Assembly (NCBI GenBank): GCA_910592345.1
Contig: CAJVPI010000152.1
Coordinates: forward strand, 1-48,235
DNA: 48,235 nucleotides
Direction: 5' to 3'
Source of the DNA: Paraglomus brasilianum
Lineage: Eukaryota
Below are positions 1 through 12,400 of the stretch, in pieces. Position 1 is the first letter of the stretch, and each line of letters opens with the position of its first letter. The position numbers and the translations under genes are program-made. A model generated the notes under the pieces. That model saw nothing but the letters and a program-made list of their open reading frames with translations, was not told where the DNA came from and made no database searches.

Positions 1-98
1 GGATTTACCGAAGTAGAGGTAATCAAGGATCTCGTTGGAAAAAGGCTAAATCCCAAGGTCAATATTCGTTCCGCTCTTCCCCGAGTATTGGCTCGACA

Positions 99-585
99 CC
101 CCCCTTGCACTTCGATTGCAAAGCCATATTCTGTATAATAAATATTAAGAAAATTAGGTTGACGTATATTGGATGGGGGACCAAGATATTAGAAATGATT
201 TCACGACATAATTTTTCACACTTAAAATATTGACAGTATGGACACCATGTATTATGATTTTTTATACTATTAAGGAATGCATACCATATATGTGAGTTAT
301 TACATTGCCATAATAATGGAGTTACATTGTTAGTGTATTGGTTAGAGAGACATTTTCCTTCTTTATTATATGCAATTTGTTTAGCATAATGGTAAGATGA
401 TTATCAGCACAACATGGACACCATTTATTATAATTTTTTATATTGCTAAGAGATGCATACCAGGTATGAAATTTATTACATTGCCATAATAATAGTGATT
501 TATTATTAATATATTTTTCTGAAAGACATTGCCCACCACGGGATTCAGCAATAGCACAAGCATTATTTAAAGATAATTTTTTCAT
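99..585 (-). pseudogene. Zn-ribbon-repeat + PD-(D/E)xK endonuclease-like protein, frameshifted and truncated
   Basis: ORF 322..585 gives GGQCLSEKYINNKSLLLWQCNKFHTW...WCPCC. A second repeat (..TWCPYC) and a nuclease-like tail (KCEKLCREIIS / LGPPSNIRQPNFL / IYYTEYGFAIEVQG) follow at 240-100 after frameshifts. Similarity stops abruptly at about 99. Confidence 0.7.
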
Positions 586-876
586 TATGATAAATTCATT
601 TTAATAAAGATTATTTTTCCAATATGAAATCATAACTAATAAAAACCAATTCTATATTCAGTATAAATAGAATATAAAGTATCTACTGGATACGGACAGC
701 TTCTTAATAGAAGTGGAGAGTAGGATGTACTTATATTGTTGTATTAATAAATAACCGAAAAAATAATTATTCGATTGTTATGCCTTACTTTATCTGATTT
801 CAAAGTATTATATCTAGTTTCGGTTTTTTGCCTAATAGATTTTTAGAGATACGCCAGCAGCCATTCACGTTGATAA

Positions 877-1381
877 CTAGCAAATTAGAACATAATGTGC
901 AATATCGTATATTGTTTTATCGGTAATATAAGTACGTTGAAAAATAAGATATCGAATATCTGGACATGAATGGACTATATCGCACACAGCATCATCTGTA
1001 ATTCTGTAATCAAAAGACAAGTTAGGTATCGAAGTTTTATACATGAACGCGCGATTGCATAAATTGATATATCTTTGATAGAAGGTTGGGAAGAGAGATT
1101 TAAATAAACTAGATTGGGACAAGATCGTGCTATTTCAATTACAGACGCGTCAGTAAAATATATATTATACAAAGAAGCGAGACTTATGTATTTTAAATTT
1201 GGGCAAGATTGTGCTACTTTACTAATGCATCTATTAGTAATAGCTGTACACGCATCAAGACTCAGATGTAGTAGCTTCGGACAATATTTTGCAATTTCTA
1301 TAATTGGTATATTACTGAAACCATGACTTCGATCAAGAATGAGAAAGCATATTAATATAGTAATATAACCTTCGGTTAACA
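877..1381 (-). pseudogene. Cysteine-containing leucine-rich-repeat (F-box/LRR, RNI-like) protein fragment
   Basis: About 26-aa repeats IAKYCPKLLHLSLDAC, VAQSCPNLKYISL, IARSCPNLVYLNL, IARSCIKLRYL, then after a frameshift near 1020 ITDDAVCDIVHSCPDIRYL. The 5' end is cut by a small inverted-repeat element. Confidence 0.8.
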
Positions 1382-1465
1382 CAGGTGCCCCGTTATTCCG
1401 AAGACCCCGTTATACCGAAGGAAAATGCCGGACCGGACGCCTTCGTTATAACGGGGTTGCCTTTG
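1382..1465. mobile_element. Miniature inverted-repeat element (pogo/Tigger-type ends)
   Basis: ccccgttattccgaag and ccccgttataccgaagg followed by the inverted ccttcgttataacgggg, with TA at the right end. Same ttataacgaag core and layout as the MITE at 34569. Confidence 0.6.
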
Positions 1466-1530
1466 TATATATATTGTTTTCTACTACTGATGGTACCAGC
1501 TTCTCTAATGTCACAAGGAGACAAAACATA

Positions 1531-2290
1531 TTAAAAGCTGAGATAAGAACCTGTCATTATTATAGTTAATGCATTAGTAAATTTAAGTTCATTATTAAAA
1601 AATATGTAATTTATGTAGCTTACCAAAACTCGATGAAGTAGAAGAGAAAGATTATATCGAGGAGATATACAATATGCTGTTAGATCCCTTCTAATAATAA
1701 ACCATTGAAATTGTTCCTTTGCAGCAGCATAACAGGGCAAGTGAGGTAATTCACCAAAAAGGGATTGGTCCCATTTTTCCATCTTTGATTCTAGTTCTTT
1801 TACAGCATTATCAAACTCATCAGAATCCTTCTTTTCTTCTGCTTTGAATACCAATACATCATGCAGTAAGGCAATCAGATCTGGACAAAGCATTTTTTGT
1901 GTTGCACCAGATGTATCCACAACATTATGATAACTTGTAACCCAAACTGAAGACTTCGGCCAAGGCTTTGCCATATTTGTTTAATTAAGCATCATACTCA
2001 CTAATCAAGTTATTCTCACTACCTGTTATTGTAAGCATTAGTGCAGCTTCACATAGAGAGGAAACAGTATCTCCAGTTTGACCAACATCCTCATCAATAA
2101 AGTAGTTTCCAAGATTTAATAATGTTAATTCTGGTGATGCAGCCATGTCATGATACAGTTTGTGCCATATAGGAATCTTTTGAAGAAATGAACACTTAAG
2201 ATACACTTCAAGCTCATTCTCACTTGGTGAGTTAGTAAGTGGTTGAGAAAACTGAGTGATAAGTGACTATTCAACTGACGTTTTCCTCAC
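1531..2290 (-). pseudogene. Crinkler (CRN)-type effector, restriction-endonuclease-like domain, degenerate
   Basis: DTSGATQKMLCPDLIALLHDVLVFKAEEKK...ELESKMEKW...LFGELPHLPCYAAA..QFQWFII matches the PD..ExK CRN nuclease region that usually precedes a kinase domain. A stop at 1985 and a frameshift split it over two ORFs. Confidence 0.65.
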
Positions 2291-2642
2291 TATAGTAAAA
2301 GATGAGTATCTGGAGCAAGCAAACCAAATTAAAGTCTTTGAACACCAATAAGTATGTATGTCAACTATAGTTGTAGTAATATCCCAGTAAATTTATATGA
2401 AGAAAAACCTATTACTAGGTCCACTTTACTTTATGTACACACTACTCTATGTCCCCAACGCGAAGTCATTACCTCCTCCGCTTTTTTCTGCTGCGCCTTT
2501 GCGTTATTAAGCTCTTCTGTCATTGTTCGAAAAAAACCCCCAGTTCAAGATGCACTGCGGGCTGCGGTGTGATCCAACATACTAACACTGATCAGTGGCT
2601 TAATAACACAGTAAATCACTCATGTGTGCCAATAAAGACCCC

Positions 2643-2912
2643 GGCGCAATTTTTTCTCCTTGAGCTTTCTTCAAAATACTTCTAATAGTGCTGTAATTCT
2701 TTGGTTCCATGGTGGACTTGATGTAAATCAGTTTCATATTGATATTTTTATAGATGGAGGTAATCCTATATTAAAATTATTATAATTCAAGTAAATCATA
2801 AATGTCATTTTGGCATATAACTTAAAACTGTAATTTACATAAATTTGTATATGAGTTACAACTGTAATAATAATATTATGAGTCAAATTAGTTAATTTTT
2901 AGCCACATCAGC
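2643..2912 (+). repeat. Dispersed repeat, homologous to 25664-26097
   Basis: Shared blocks gcaatttttt..ctttctt.aaaatac, gtgctgtaattctttggttccatggtg, taatcctatattaaa and ttagttaattttt.agccacatcagc occur in the same order at both loci. Confidence 0.8.
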
Positions 2913-3439
2913 CTCTCACTTATGTCACATAAGACTGCAGTCTGCCCCATATATTAATATCAGTCATGTGCCTGTTATTTCATACCTGTGCGCATTTCCG
3001 TCTTATCCTTTGGCTGTTTAATAATATCTTTCATGCTGCTGACAAATTGTGTTTAGGCGAGTGTGTAAACATTACGTATTGACCATCTTTTGTGTCTTGG
3101 GATTGGTTGTAATGGCATGTGCTCCGAAATTTAACAAAGAGTTGACGTTTCTATTTGACCTGGAGATATTCTAAGACCCCAAAAGTTGATGGCTTGTATT
3201 TCTCCCATACAATGCAAGCTCGCAGTTATTAACAAAAACATGTGATTTCTTCTGAATTCTCTACCATATAACATGCGGGCACGCGCATACAAAGTAAGCA
3301 CGATTATTTAAAAATAAAAAGATAAAAGTACTCAGGTCGGAAAATATTGTAGAATTTTTCTTCGTTTTGTGATTTAACTACGTTCGGTAGAAAAAAAGTC
3401 ACCGAACACTTTATTTATTTAATATTAAGCATTACTGTA

Positions 3440-3900
3440 AAACGAGAGTATTTTTAATAGCTTGTTGATCCTATACGATACATTCTTGAACACGTCTATA
3501 CATACTTTCGATAATCTCCTATAGGTCTCTGGGAATGTTTCCCACTTATGTAATTTGTGCTTATTTGCGAGTCGTACCACTCGCCATTATAGTTTATTCT
3601 ATATATTAAAGAGATTCATACTCTAACAATTTTGTTTGATAAATTGCGCCTTTCAGTACACCAATTGAACCAATTATGCGTTTGACTATCAGTTGAAAGG
3701 AGGTTTCTGCAGCGACACGGAAATAAAGACCAACAAAGTTCTAATGACTTTTAAGATCCGATTGGCTGAAGTTTGAATTTAATTATATTCGTGGGTTGTT
3801 TTCTATCATTCCCTTCAATGGTTTTGTACATTTTTATCAAACAAGGGAGGACGGGTGCACTCCTCCTCCGTTAGTCTTGTAACGGAAAATCGTGTCTTTG
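3440..3900 (-). mobile_element. Degenerate, internally deleted Tc1-like transposase remnant
   Basis: Minus-strand fragments RPPLFDKN..LKGMIENNPR and GLYFRVAA..STDSQ..WFNWCTERRN (Tc1/Tc3 HTH region), plus C-terminal IESMYRRVQECI. Many frameshifts. Confidence 0.55.
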
Positions 3901-4394
3901 AACCAGTGAACTAAGGTTTTTAATTGCGCAATTTGTTTACGACTTTTATTGCAAGCTGCGGTAACCGGAAATGACTTTGTTTACATTAACATTCGTAACT
4001 GTTTGTTATTCATGGATACCCAAACTATTTATGGCAGCATTTTATCAAGCAATATGCTAACATATAAAGCGTTCTTCCCACCGAGTGTATTAGTAAATAA
4101 ATTTTGACACGTAGTATTTCGTATAGTAACAAGTCTCTACAAACTGCAACACGTGAACGTGCCTCTTAAACATATTGGACATTCACTGGACATTTCCTGG
4201 CCATTATTATGGACATTGGACACGTTGAATTTCCAGAATTCAACTGATTGTTATAATCTTTAGTGCTGAATTCCGTCTAAAAAAGTAAAAAAGAACACGA
4301 CTCAGCGTGACCCAACTTAAGAGCAAGGAGGGTGGTAACAAGGAAAGTAAAGGGAATAACCAGTGAAAGAAGAAACCGCAGATGTATTAAATAA

Positions 4395-4730
4395 TATGTT
4401 ATGCTTTTACCGTTATTAAATAATGAGCGAGTAACGCGTTTTTAAGAGTTACCTAAATTAATTAAGAATTTCCTCTCAATGATTGGATATTCTGTCTTAA
4501 ATAATGTTCCCAAAAAATTTTAAATCCAGGTTGTTAGATGGCCATTATTGAGAAACTATTTGACAATTTTGCTAGTATGTTTAGGATTGTTCTCTTATTG
4601 GAATTGCCAATCATCGCCCAAGATTTGACTAGTCTCTGGAGTATAAGTTTGCATCCATTACAGAAGAGCCTTTTGTCTTTTATGCAAGTCCACAGTTTTA
4701 GTTTATCTTTTGGGATACTTTACCCAATAC
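4395..4730 (-). mobile_element. Tc1-like transposase remnant (DDE region)
   Basis: Minus-strand LGDDWQFQ*ENNPKHTSKIVK*FL followed by WPSNNLDL, a decayed QQDNDPKH...WPSNSPDLN motif. Confidence 0.75.
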
Positions 4731-5073
4731 AGTTAATGTATATATATTATGTCTAGTAATCATAATCCTGCAGAAATATTGACAACGTGCACCGGGCATT
4801 TAACTGATATCTTTATGTATAGACAAATCATTTATATTTCTTCATCTTTTGTTTAACTGACTATGTATAGGTAAAGGCAGAATTTAATAACAGTAAGTTA
4901 TATTCACATACTGTTATTAAATTGAAACGTGACCTGCAATTGAAAACTGCAATGATACCATTTCCTACATATACGTAATCTCTTTCATCGTAGACGTAAG
5001 GAATTTATTTCTTTTTAATGCGTGGGGTACATTATCGTTATACCGCATAATTTAGAATTGCCAATAAGAGTTT

Positions 5074-6589
5074 CTAAAGCTTTGATTTCCTTTTACGAGT
5101 GGCTGATATAATAATAATTGATTAATTAATAAACTGTGTTACACACTGGCTGGTTTAATGAATTTTACACTTACTATTCATGAAATCAGAAACTGCTCTT
5201 CTTGATTCGGAGGACAACATTCTGCAAAACATGCATGTAATGAAACAAGTCACTTAACGGAATGCCCGTAACACGAGGATGCTCATAGTGACTGATTGGT
5301 CTGTTTTCATATAGCGACTGATGATAATTACCTTTCCTGCAACAACTCACACTCGCTTCTACTAACAGCCATCAGAGTCTCTCGTTCGCGGGCGCGAATT
5401 AAATCCTTTGTTTGGAAGATTGCGGTAGGCGGGAAATTCGTTGTTTTAGTTGCAATAGCAACTACGTCATCGATAAAATTATCTGGTTGAATAATACGAC
5501 TGATCGATGTATAGATTCGTTAGATATGGAAAAATGCGCTTAACGGATAGAACGTATGATTAATAATCTTGCCTTATGAATCCCATCTTCTCTAACTCTT
5601 GAGCCGTAAACTGCCGACCCATTAGCTTGAGATAAGATAATCGTTGATCAGCCATTCGTTATTATCACGTCACGAATAACAACATGTATCTTACTATAAG
5701 CTCGTTTGCAATCGAATATCCAAATATTCTTTTGTTGATTCATTAGGATGATTATGAGTTTAATTATATTTGTACGTCACGACGCAGCGAGGGTGACTTA
5801 CTTTGGAAATAGGTATGATGAACATCCTTCCGCGCAAAAACCTATAATAGTCACATCTCGTTAATTTGTATATATACACGGTAAGCCTGATAAGAAGGGA
5901 ATATACATACCAAATTGCATGAATGGAGTAAAAAATATAGCATCAGGAACAGCATATACTACGTCACATAAAGCTAATGTTGTCATCCCAAATCCTATTG
6001 CTGGGCCTGAACAAGTCAATGAAAACAAACACATTAACATTCCAATAGTTTCAAAATACTGGAAAGTCTCAATAGGCATACCAACCATTAACAGCAGCAA
6101 TAAGCAGTTTGGGAAAGTTGATTAAAGTGTTCAATAATGATCTGTAGTTTAATCAAGAGTGTAGGCGCCATATATGCTGACAGTCCGCTAAAATATACAT
6201 ATTTAGATCTTCCATCGACTCTATAATAATAAACTTACTGAACACAAACAATCGACTCTTTCACTGTCTTTTCCAACTTTGATTCGTCTGCATCGGGTGT
6301 TGGCGCCAATTCGTGTCCACTCGTATAGAATTTGCCTTTGCCTGTCATGATGGCAACTTTGACTTCAGATGACTGAGCTGCCCATATGAGAGATCGATCC
6401 CATTCCTAGCACATATAGTAACAGTTATTTGAATCGCTATTTAATGTATCATACGAAAAATTAGATTCTATATACCTTGTAAACTTCTCCATTAAGTGCA
6501 TTTTTACGAGCAGGCCGATTAAACGCAATAATCGCCACACCTTTGTCTGTCAGTGTAATTTCAAAGTGTTTGACCTTTGGTATAGCCAT
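5074..6589 (-). CDS. ECI2: Peroxisomal Delta3,Delta2-enoyl-CoA isomerase (crotonase family, ECI2/Eci1-like), 10 exons, 267 aa
   Basis: Exons 6589-6476, 6405-6239, 6141-6086, 6006-5911, 5841-5802, 5728-5695, 5625-5573, 5499-5332, 5221-5175 and 5102-5074 join in frame (804 nt). Translation includes MAIPKVKHFEITL..FNRPARKNAL..TGKGKFYTSGHEL..FPKLLIAAVNGPAIGFGMTTLALCDVVYA..TPFMQFGFCAEGCSSYLFP..TRKRKSKL*. C-terminal PTS1 SKL. Confidence 0.93.
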
Positions 6590-8106
6590 AAATTTTAAAT
6601 GATGGGATTTTCTTGTTTCTTAGATGATTGTCAAACATACTCACTATTTCGACCAATCGGTGTTGCCGGCACTCGTTAACTATTTTGCTAGAAATAAAGA
6701 CAATGATATCCCCAGCATAAATATGCAACGCCTTCACAAATGACGGCACGAAATATGTCTTGACAAGTAGTAGCAGCACAGTAACAGAGACTATTTTTTT
6801 AGATGAGATTAATCTTTTATTTAAAGGAAATATTGTTCAAGATGTAAGAGAAAGGCAGAGGTTCTATTCTTACACGGCAAATTTCATATAAAATTTGAAT
6901 GCGTTAAGAACATCTTGTTCAAGTTTATACTGTTCCGCCTGAAGGACCAGGGGTCACCTAAATAAAGACCTCGAAACCTCTTCACAAATGACGAAGACAA
7001 TTCCGGTCAGAATAGTGTTGCTTACGAACAGATGTCTATGTAAAGATTGAATGAGATGCGCGAGCGGTAAGTTCTGGTTTTGTTATATGTAGCGAAGATA
7101 ATCGTGAAACATGTCAGTGAGTAGCCAACGAACTGTTTTTGTTGGCTGACATTGAGCGTATCGATGAAGTACACTGGAAAAAAGATATCATTCAATCGGC
7201 AATTATATACTGTAAACCAATACACAAGTCTTTTCTTGATTGATCTTATGTCGTTTATGTATAGAAAGATTGTATAAATAAAATATGTATAAAAAAGAGA
7301 AAAAAACACACCAACATATGTATAGAATGTGATGGACAAATACAAAGAAAAAGAGAAAGAAAAAGGGAAGAAAAAAAACATAAAAAAAAAATAAAGCAGT
7401 TAACCGTATCAAAAGTCTATACATAATTACAGATAATAGGCGGAGGGAGTTTAGACCATCAAGAAGAAAAGTTTTTACAAAAGAGAGGCGATTTTTTGTT
7501 CTAACCTGCTTTGTTCAGAGGACTACAAAGTACGAGATAAAAAAGGATAAAATATTAAACACTATCGCATCGATATGATTTTGAACAAGATTAACTACAA
7601 CAGCGATAGTAAATAAGACTATGTTACCAATTCAAATCCTTTTTTGATATCTCTGAAAGTAGGTAAAAATGATAACGAAAATCGAGAAGATCTCTACAAG
7701 CAAAACAAATAAATTTCTCTCAAAATAGACATAATAAAACACAAAATCAATGATTAACGGGAACATGTATATATGTGATGATAAAAGAAAAAGCTATTCT
7801 TAAAAGTGGAAAAGTAATCTGAATAAAGAAGTAATAGAATGGTAAAACAAAAGATTGGAAAAAGACGAAAAAAAATATGTGAATATGACCTAGAGATAAA
7901 AATATTTCTCATAATACAATTAAAAGCCACGTACAAAATCTAGTTCAACTACAAGCCATTGAGAAGGACAGCATTCATTGATATCCGTATGTTGAAGAAT
8001 ATAAAATCCATTCTTACTCAAACGTTCGGGTTCACGTCCCTCACAAATCATAGGGAAGCGGTAATAAGAAGAGTAAATGAAATGAAATAACGAAACTGAC
8101 CCAATC

Positions 8107-9488
8107 TCAAGGGAGACTACTACCTCCATCACTTAGATCAAAGCCAATATTACCGCTATTACCATTTCGATCTCCACTAGCTTTTATCTGAAGACGTTTC
8201 ACCAGCTCCTCAAGCTTCTGATTGCGGCTACTTTGATCGCGCAAACTTTGTTTGAGGTCGCGAATATAGTCGACTGATTTGCGGAGGATTACGCCTTTAT
8301 TGGGTTTGTTTGAATTGTCGGCGTAGGTTTCAGGAAGGAGAGTGGATAGCTCATGAATTCTCTCGTTGATATGGTCCCGACGACGACGTTCAACTGTGTA
8401 TATGACAAAGGGTAAAGAAACAGTTAGGGATATGTAGTTTTATAGTACGATTAGCTCATAGCGATCTTAGAAATACTCACCAGCATTATGGGACTCACGA
8501 CGGCGGCGCTTTTTCTCAGTCTGCAGGGCCCTAATAGTTGTATAAAGAAATTTCTTAGTATGATGTGATTGAATTTTTGTGATGAAGCTTGTAATCCGTT
8601 GTCTTTTGCCTTTATCTCTCGTTTGATACAACACCAAGCTCTCTCTTGATGCATCGATTGTCTAGGTTTAATCTCACTTAAGAATATTCACTCTTTCAGA
8701 TTCTAAACCCATATTTATTCCGCTCATTCCATATACAATACTTACTGTTGCCTAGATACGTTGTCTTCAGCTTCGACTTGGATCATTTCAGTTACTAACG
8801 ACATATCACCCCCAGGAGTGAATTGTAACGAGCCAGAATACGCACTATGATCTCCCCAGTCGGCTTGAACTCTGTATGCCGGCACCGACGCACTGTATGC
8901 TGGCAAACTAAACGGTATGGCATTATTAGCTCCAGGGAAACTGTTATCGGGAGTACAGAATCCGAACTGATTCTTCTTAACGACACCCATCGGAAGAGCT
9001 GCAGTTGTAGTAGGTGGAGCACTAGAGGAGAGATCGAACCCAAACTCTGCGGTATCCGGTCCAGGAGAATAGACGGATGCTTGGGTTCCGGGCGATTCAC
9101 CAAATTGGGAGTCAACTTCAACGTTGCTGGTTGGAATAGGCACGCTAGCAGTGCCAAACTCATCTATGTCATCTAATGGCGAATTGGATGAAGGAGATAT
9201 GATATTATTGTGATCGGTATAATCCAATTCAGTTGCCATGTTGTCGAGTGCCTCCTGTTTAATAATTCGAGAATGATAAGCGGAGTTCGCTAATAGACCG
9301 GGATCTATAGTACCCGAGTACGAGTTGTTTGGGGTTGGAGGTGCGCCATTAGTGCTTGTACGGCTGCGTCTTTGAGTCTGCTCAATATGGTATGGAGTTG
9401 GGTTTACTAGACGCGATTGTGTTTGCTGATGCTGTACGTAACTTGTGCCAAACAGAGCCTGCTGTTCATATCCCTGTTGTCCTTGCAT
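8107..9488 (-). CDS. bHLH-leucine zipper transcription factor, Rtg3/MiT-TFE-like, 3 exons, about 359 aa
   Basis: Exons 9488-8746, 8530-8481 and 8393-8107 (GT-AG, 1080 nt) give a Q/S/P-rich N-terminus, then EKKRRRRESHNAVERRRRDHINERIHELSTLLP...PNKGVILRKSVDYIRDLKQ...LEELVKRL. An additional upstream exon cannot be excluded. Confidence 0.9.
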
Positions 9489-12400
9489 GGCTTGTGGGCT
9501 GGAGTGGGGCTCTATTAATTACAGCTACACTTTCGTTATAGGTGAAGGTTAGGAAGCAGGGCGAGGGGAGCGTATTATTACGATTATTATTATGTATTAT
9601 TATATTCTTGTAGTTGTATATGGTAGAATCTAGTGTTATTAGCAGAGAGAGATCTTTATTGCGTTCTAAGGACGGACGTTATGGAGTGTTGTATTATGCA
9701 GAAATATATTTGCAAATAGTATGTCGTCGCGCGACGGGTTTAATGTGATTACTTGTGGTAAGAGTTGAGTATTCTTTATATAACAGAGAGTTTGGGATAA
9801 GTGTGTTAAAAATATTCTCTACAAAAAAATTTTTTCCCACTTCTCTGGAGTGTATATATGAAATAGATATGTATATATATTATCAATATAGTATTTGTCA
9901 GTATATATGTATGAAGCTAACGAAGCGAGTTCCTTTTCGTTTATGCGGTAAGAGCGAAGTACAAAACTAATCGAAGTTGTGTGGAAAATGCGCACCATAA
10001 AAAGGTGAGTAGCAATAAATAAAATCCGGGGGGGGGGGTGTATAAACACAAAGGATACATATACATATACTAATAATACATCAAATCTGCAGAGTATAAA
10101 TAATATAAATATGATAAATAATGCAAGTCGAATTATTCGAATATGTGACCAGAACTAAGACATGTATTATTATAATAAGACGCACATACAAATAATTAAT
10201 AATCTCTCGACAATTACCATTGTTTTTTGTTTACTATGACCATATGGCTCTGGTTTCTACTAATATACCACTTACTGTTTCCAGCGAAAAAAATACAATA
10301 CTGCGGAGATAATATTCAAGTCGATCTGAGTGATGGCTTTACAATAGAGTATGTGGAAACAACAGCCAGGCAATAATATTAATACACGTATACTACAATT
10401 ATGAATCCGTGACGTAGCATGTTCTTGACACCATTTTATAAACCTCTTTTTCTTCAATCGATGACGCGGAAACCGTTTGGTGAAATAATCTTGGTCTTGC
10501 GTTGAAACATTGAAACATGTAAACAGGAATAAGACCGAATGTCTAATTACTGTACCAATTGCGATAGTAAAGAGTTGATGTGGCTATGGTTGTGATCGTT
10601 TTAATGTTACCAGTGTTACGGGTGCATATATTCTTTATCTATTATACCCAAGCCACTTGAACTCGTCTCTGGTTGGTTAATCTCTGATATCAAGCTGCAT
10701 CCACATCGAGTCTGAGGAAAATAGGAGATTTATGCACTCTTTCATACAAAGACATTTTTTTTTAAACGTCAGATATCTTGGCAGTAATTCATAGATGGGA
10801 GGGAACAGTAAAAGCTGCACAAACCGTTCGTACATAGATTTTGTCACTTGTCAATAGAGAACTGCTGTCTGCATGGTAGAGTGACAATAGAGGATAATTG
10901 TAACTATAGTGTCACTAAGCGAGCGTTTGGTGTAATTGTGATTATTAAACGATGGATATATATATGCGACTATTACAAACAAAACAGATAAGATTGTCTC
11001 TGATTATCAACAATTGCCACAATAACAACACATAATTATCATTGTGACTAAAAAACGAGCGTCAGTCTTATTGAGGTTAGTCGTTCGTTGATAATTAACA
11101 CAATAATATTATTCTGTCTATTAAACTTGCATGCAAATCGAACGGGAGAATTAAACGCAATAGCGGGGGGTGCGCATGCAAGTCAGTTTGTATCGAGTAA
11201 TGATATTGCCAACCAAGACTTTGGCCAACGTAGCTTTGCAGTTAAGAGAGCACATTGACTTTGCATTTTGCAGGGTCTTTTCTAAAATAGACATGAAATA
11301 GAGAGAAAGGCTGTCAATAAACAATGTTTTTCATAATATAGGAAATAATGTAAAATAATAGCGACGATAAAGGAAGCTTAAACATCATACTGCGCTTGTT
11401 TGCCTTAATAAATAACTGCTTATTCAATCCACTTGTTGCTTTCAGTCATTAAGTGCTTCCCTTATCAGTCAAATGTATATCCAAATGGGACAGTCACAAT
11501 TATTCCCTTCCCCCTTTTTCTTTCGACCACTAAGAACGAAGTTTTGTTTGCGGCAAAGAATGTATAATAAAGACAGGATTATGATCATTTGACATGTAAG
11601 CTGTTTTATCTCTTCATTGTCAAAACACTGATATAGTAAAAACACAAATAGAATAGGAATTGCGATATAAGTCAACAGGTTTATTATTCGAAGCTATTTG
11701 GTGTATATTACAAATGCTCACCTTCATCATCCAAATTAAGCCTAGTCAATAACATATACATATTCTCAATGACATCACTAACACCAGTTCAATGTCATAC
11801 TAAATATGGCACTTATTTTCGTAATGAAACATTGCACTAAATATGTATATCACAAAAAGGAAATAGAGGAAATCTAGGGGTTGAGACTGCAATCCCGACC
11901 CCCCGTCTTTTGACAAATTTATTTGCGAGGAGGAAAAGAGAGCGCTTGTCCTTACAGGAATGTCTGGTTCAAGTGGCTATAATACAAGGTCTTTCCTGTA
12001 CATTTTGTCATAGCCTCCATGTCCCTATTTGTCAATACTTTTACTATGCCTTCGTCCCTTCTCGAGCCTAACACTTGATTTCTCACGTGCGAAATGTCGA
12101 CGCATACGTAATCTTCAACCATCACTGTTAATTCAATCTTCTTTTCCAACATGGGATATACCCCTAATACCAAATTGCTCCCCACATCATTCCGTTTCTG
12201 GCTTGCATCAGCGCCGTAGATGCCTTATTAACCCTAAGCGACTTTCTGATTTTCTTAAAAATAAATATACGAGTGGAAACAATGGAATGACGGAGAAGAG
12301 CGAACAACAGAAAGAAAAAAAGGAATCTGAAAGGGGGTACAAAAAGGGACATCGGCGTTACGACATGGAAGATATGGTTAGTGAGTATGTACGATAACGT

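Noticed and set aside
1..98. Possible LTR terminus (minus-strand G-run then TGTCGAGCC) interrupting the nuclease pseudogene
   Set aside because: The junction is abrupt, but the other end lies outside the window, so no paired LTR or TSD can be seen.
7022..7936. Phe/Tyr-rich minus-strand ORFs
   Set aside because: These are artefacts of A-rich low-complexity sequence downstream of the bHLH gene.
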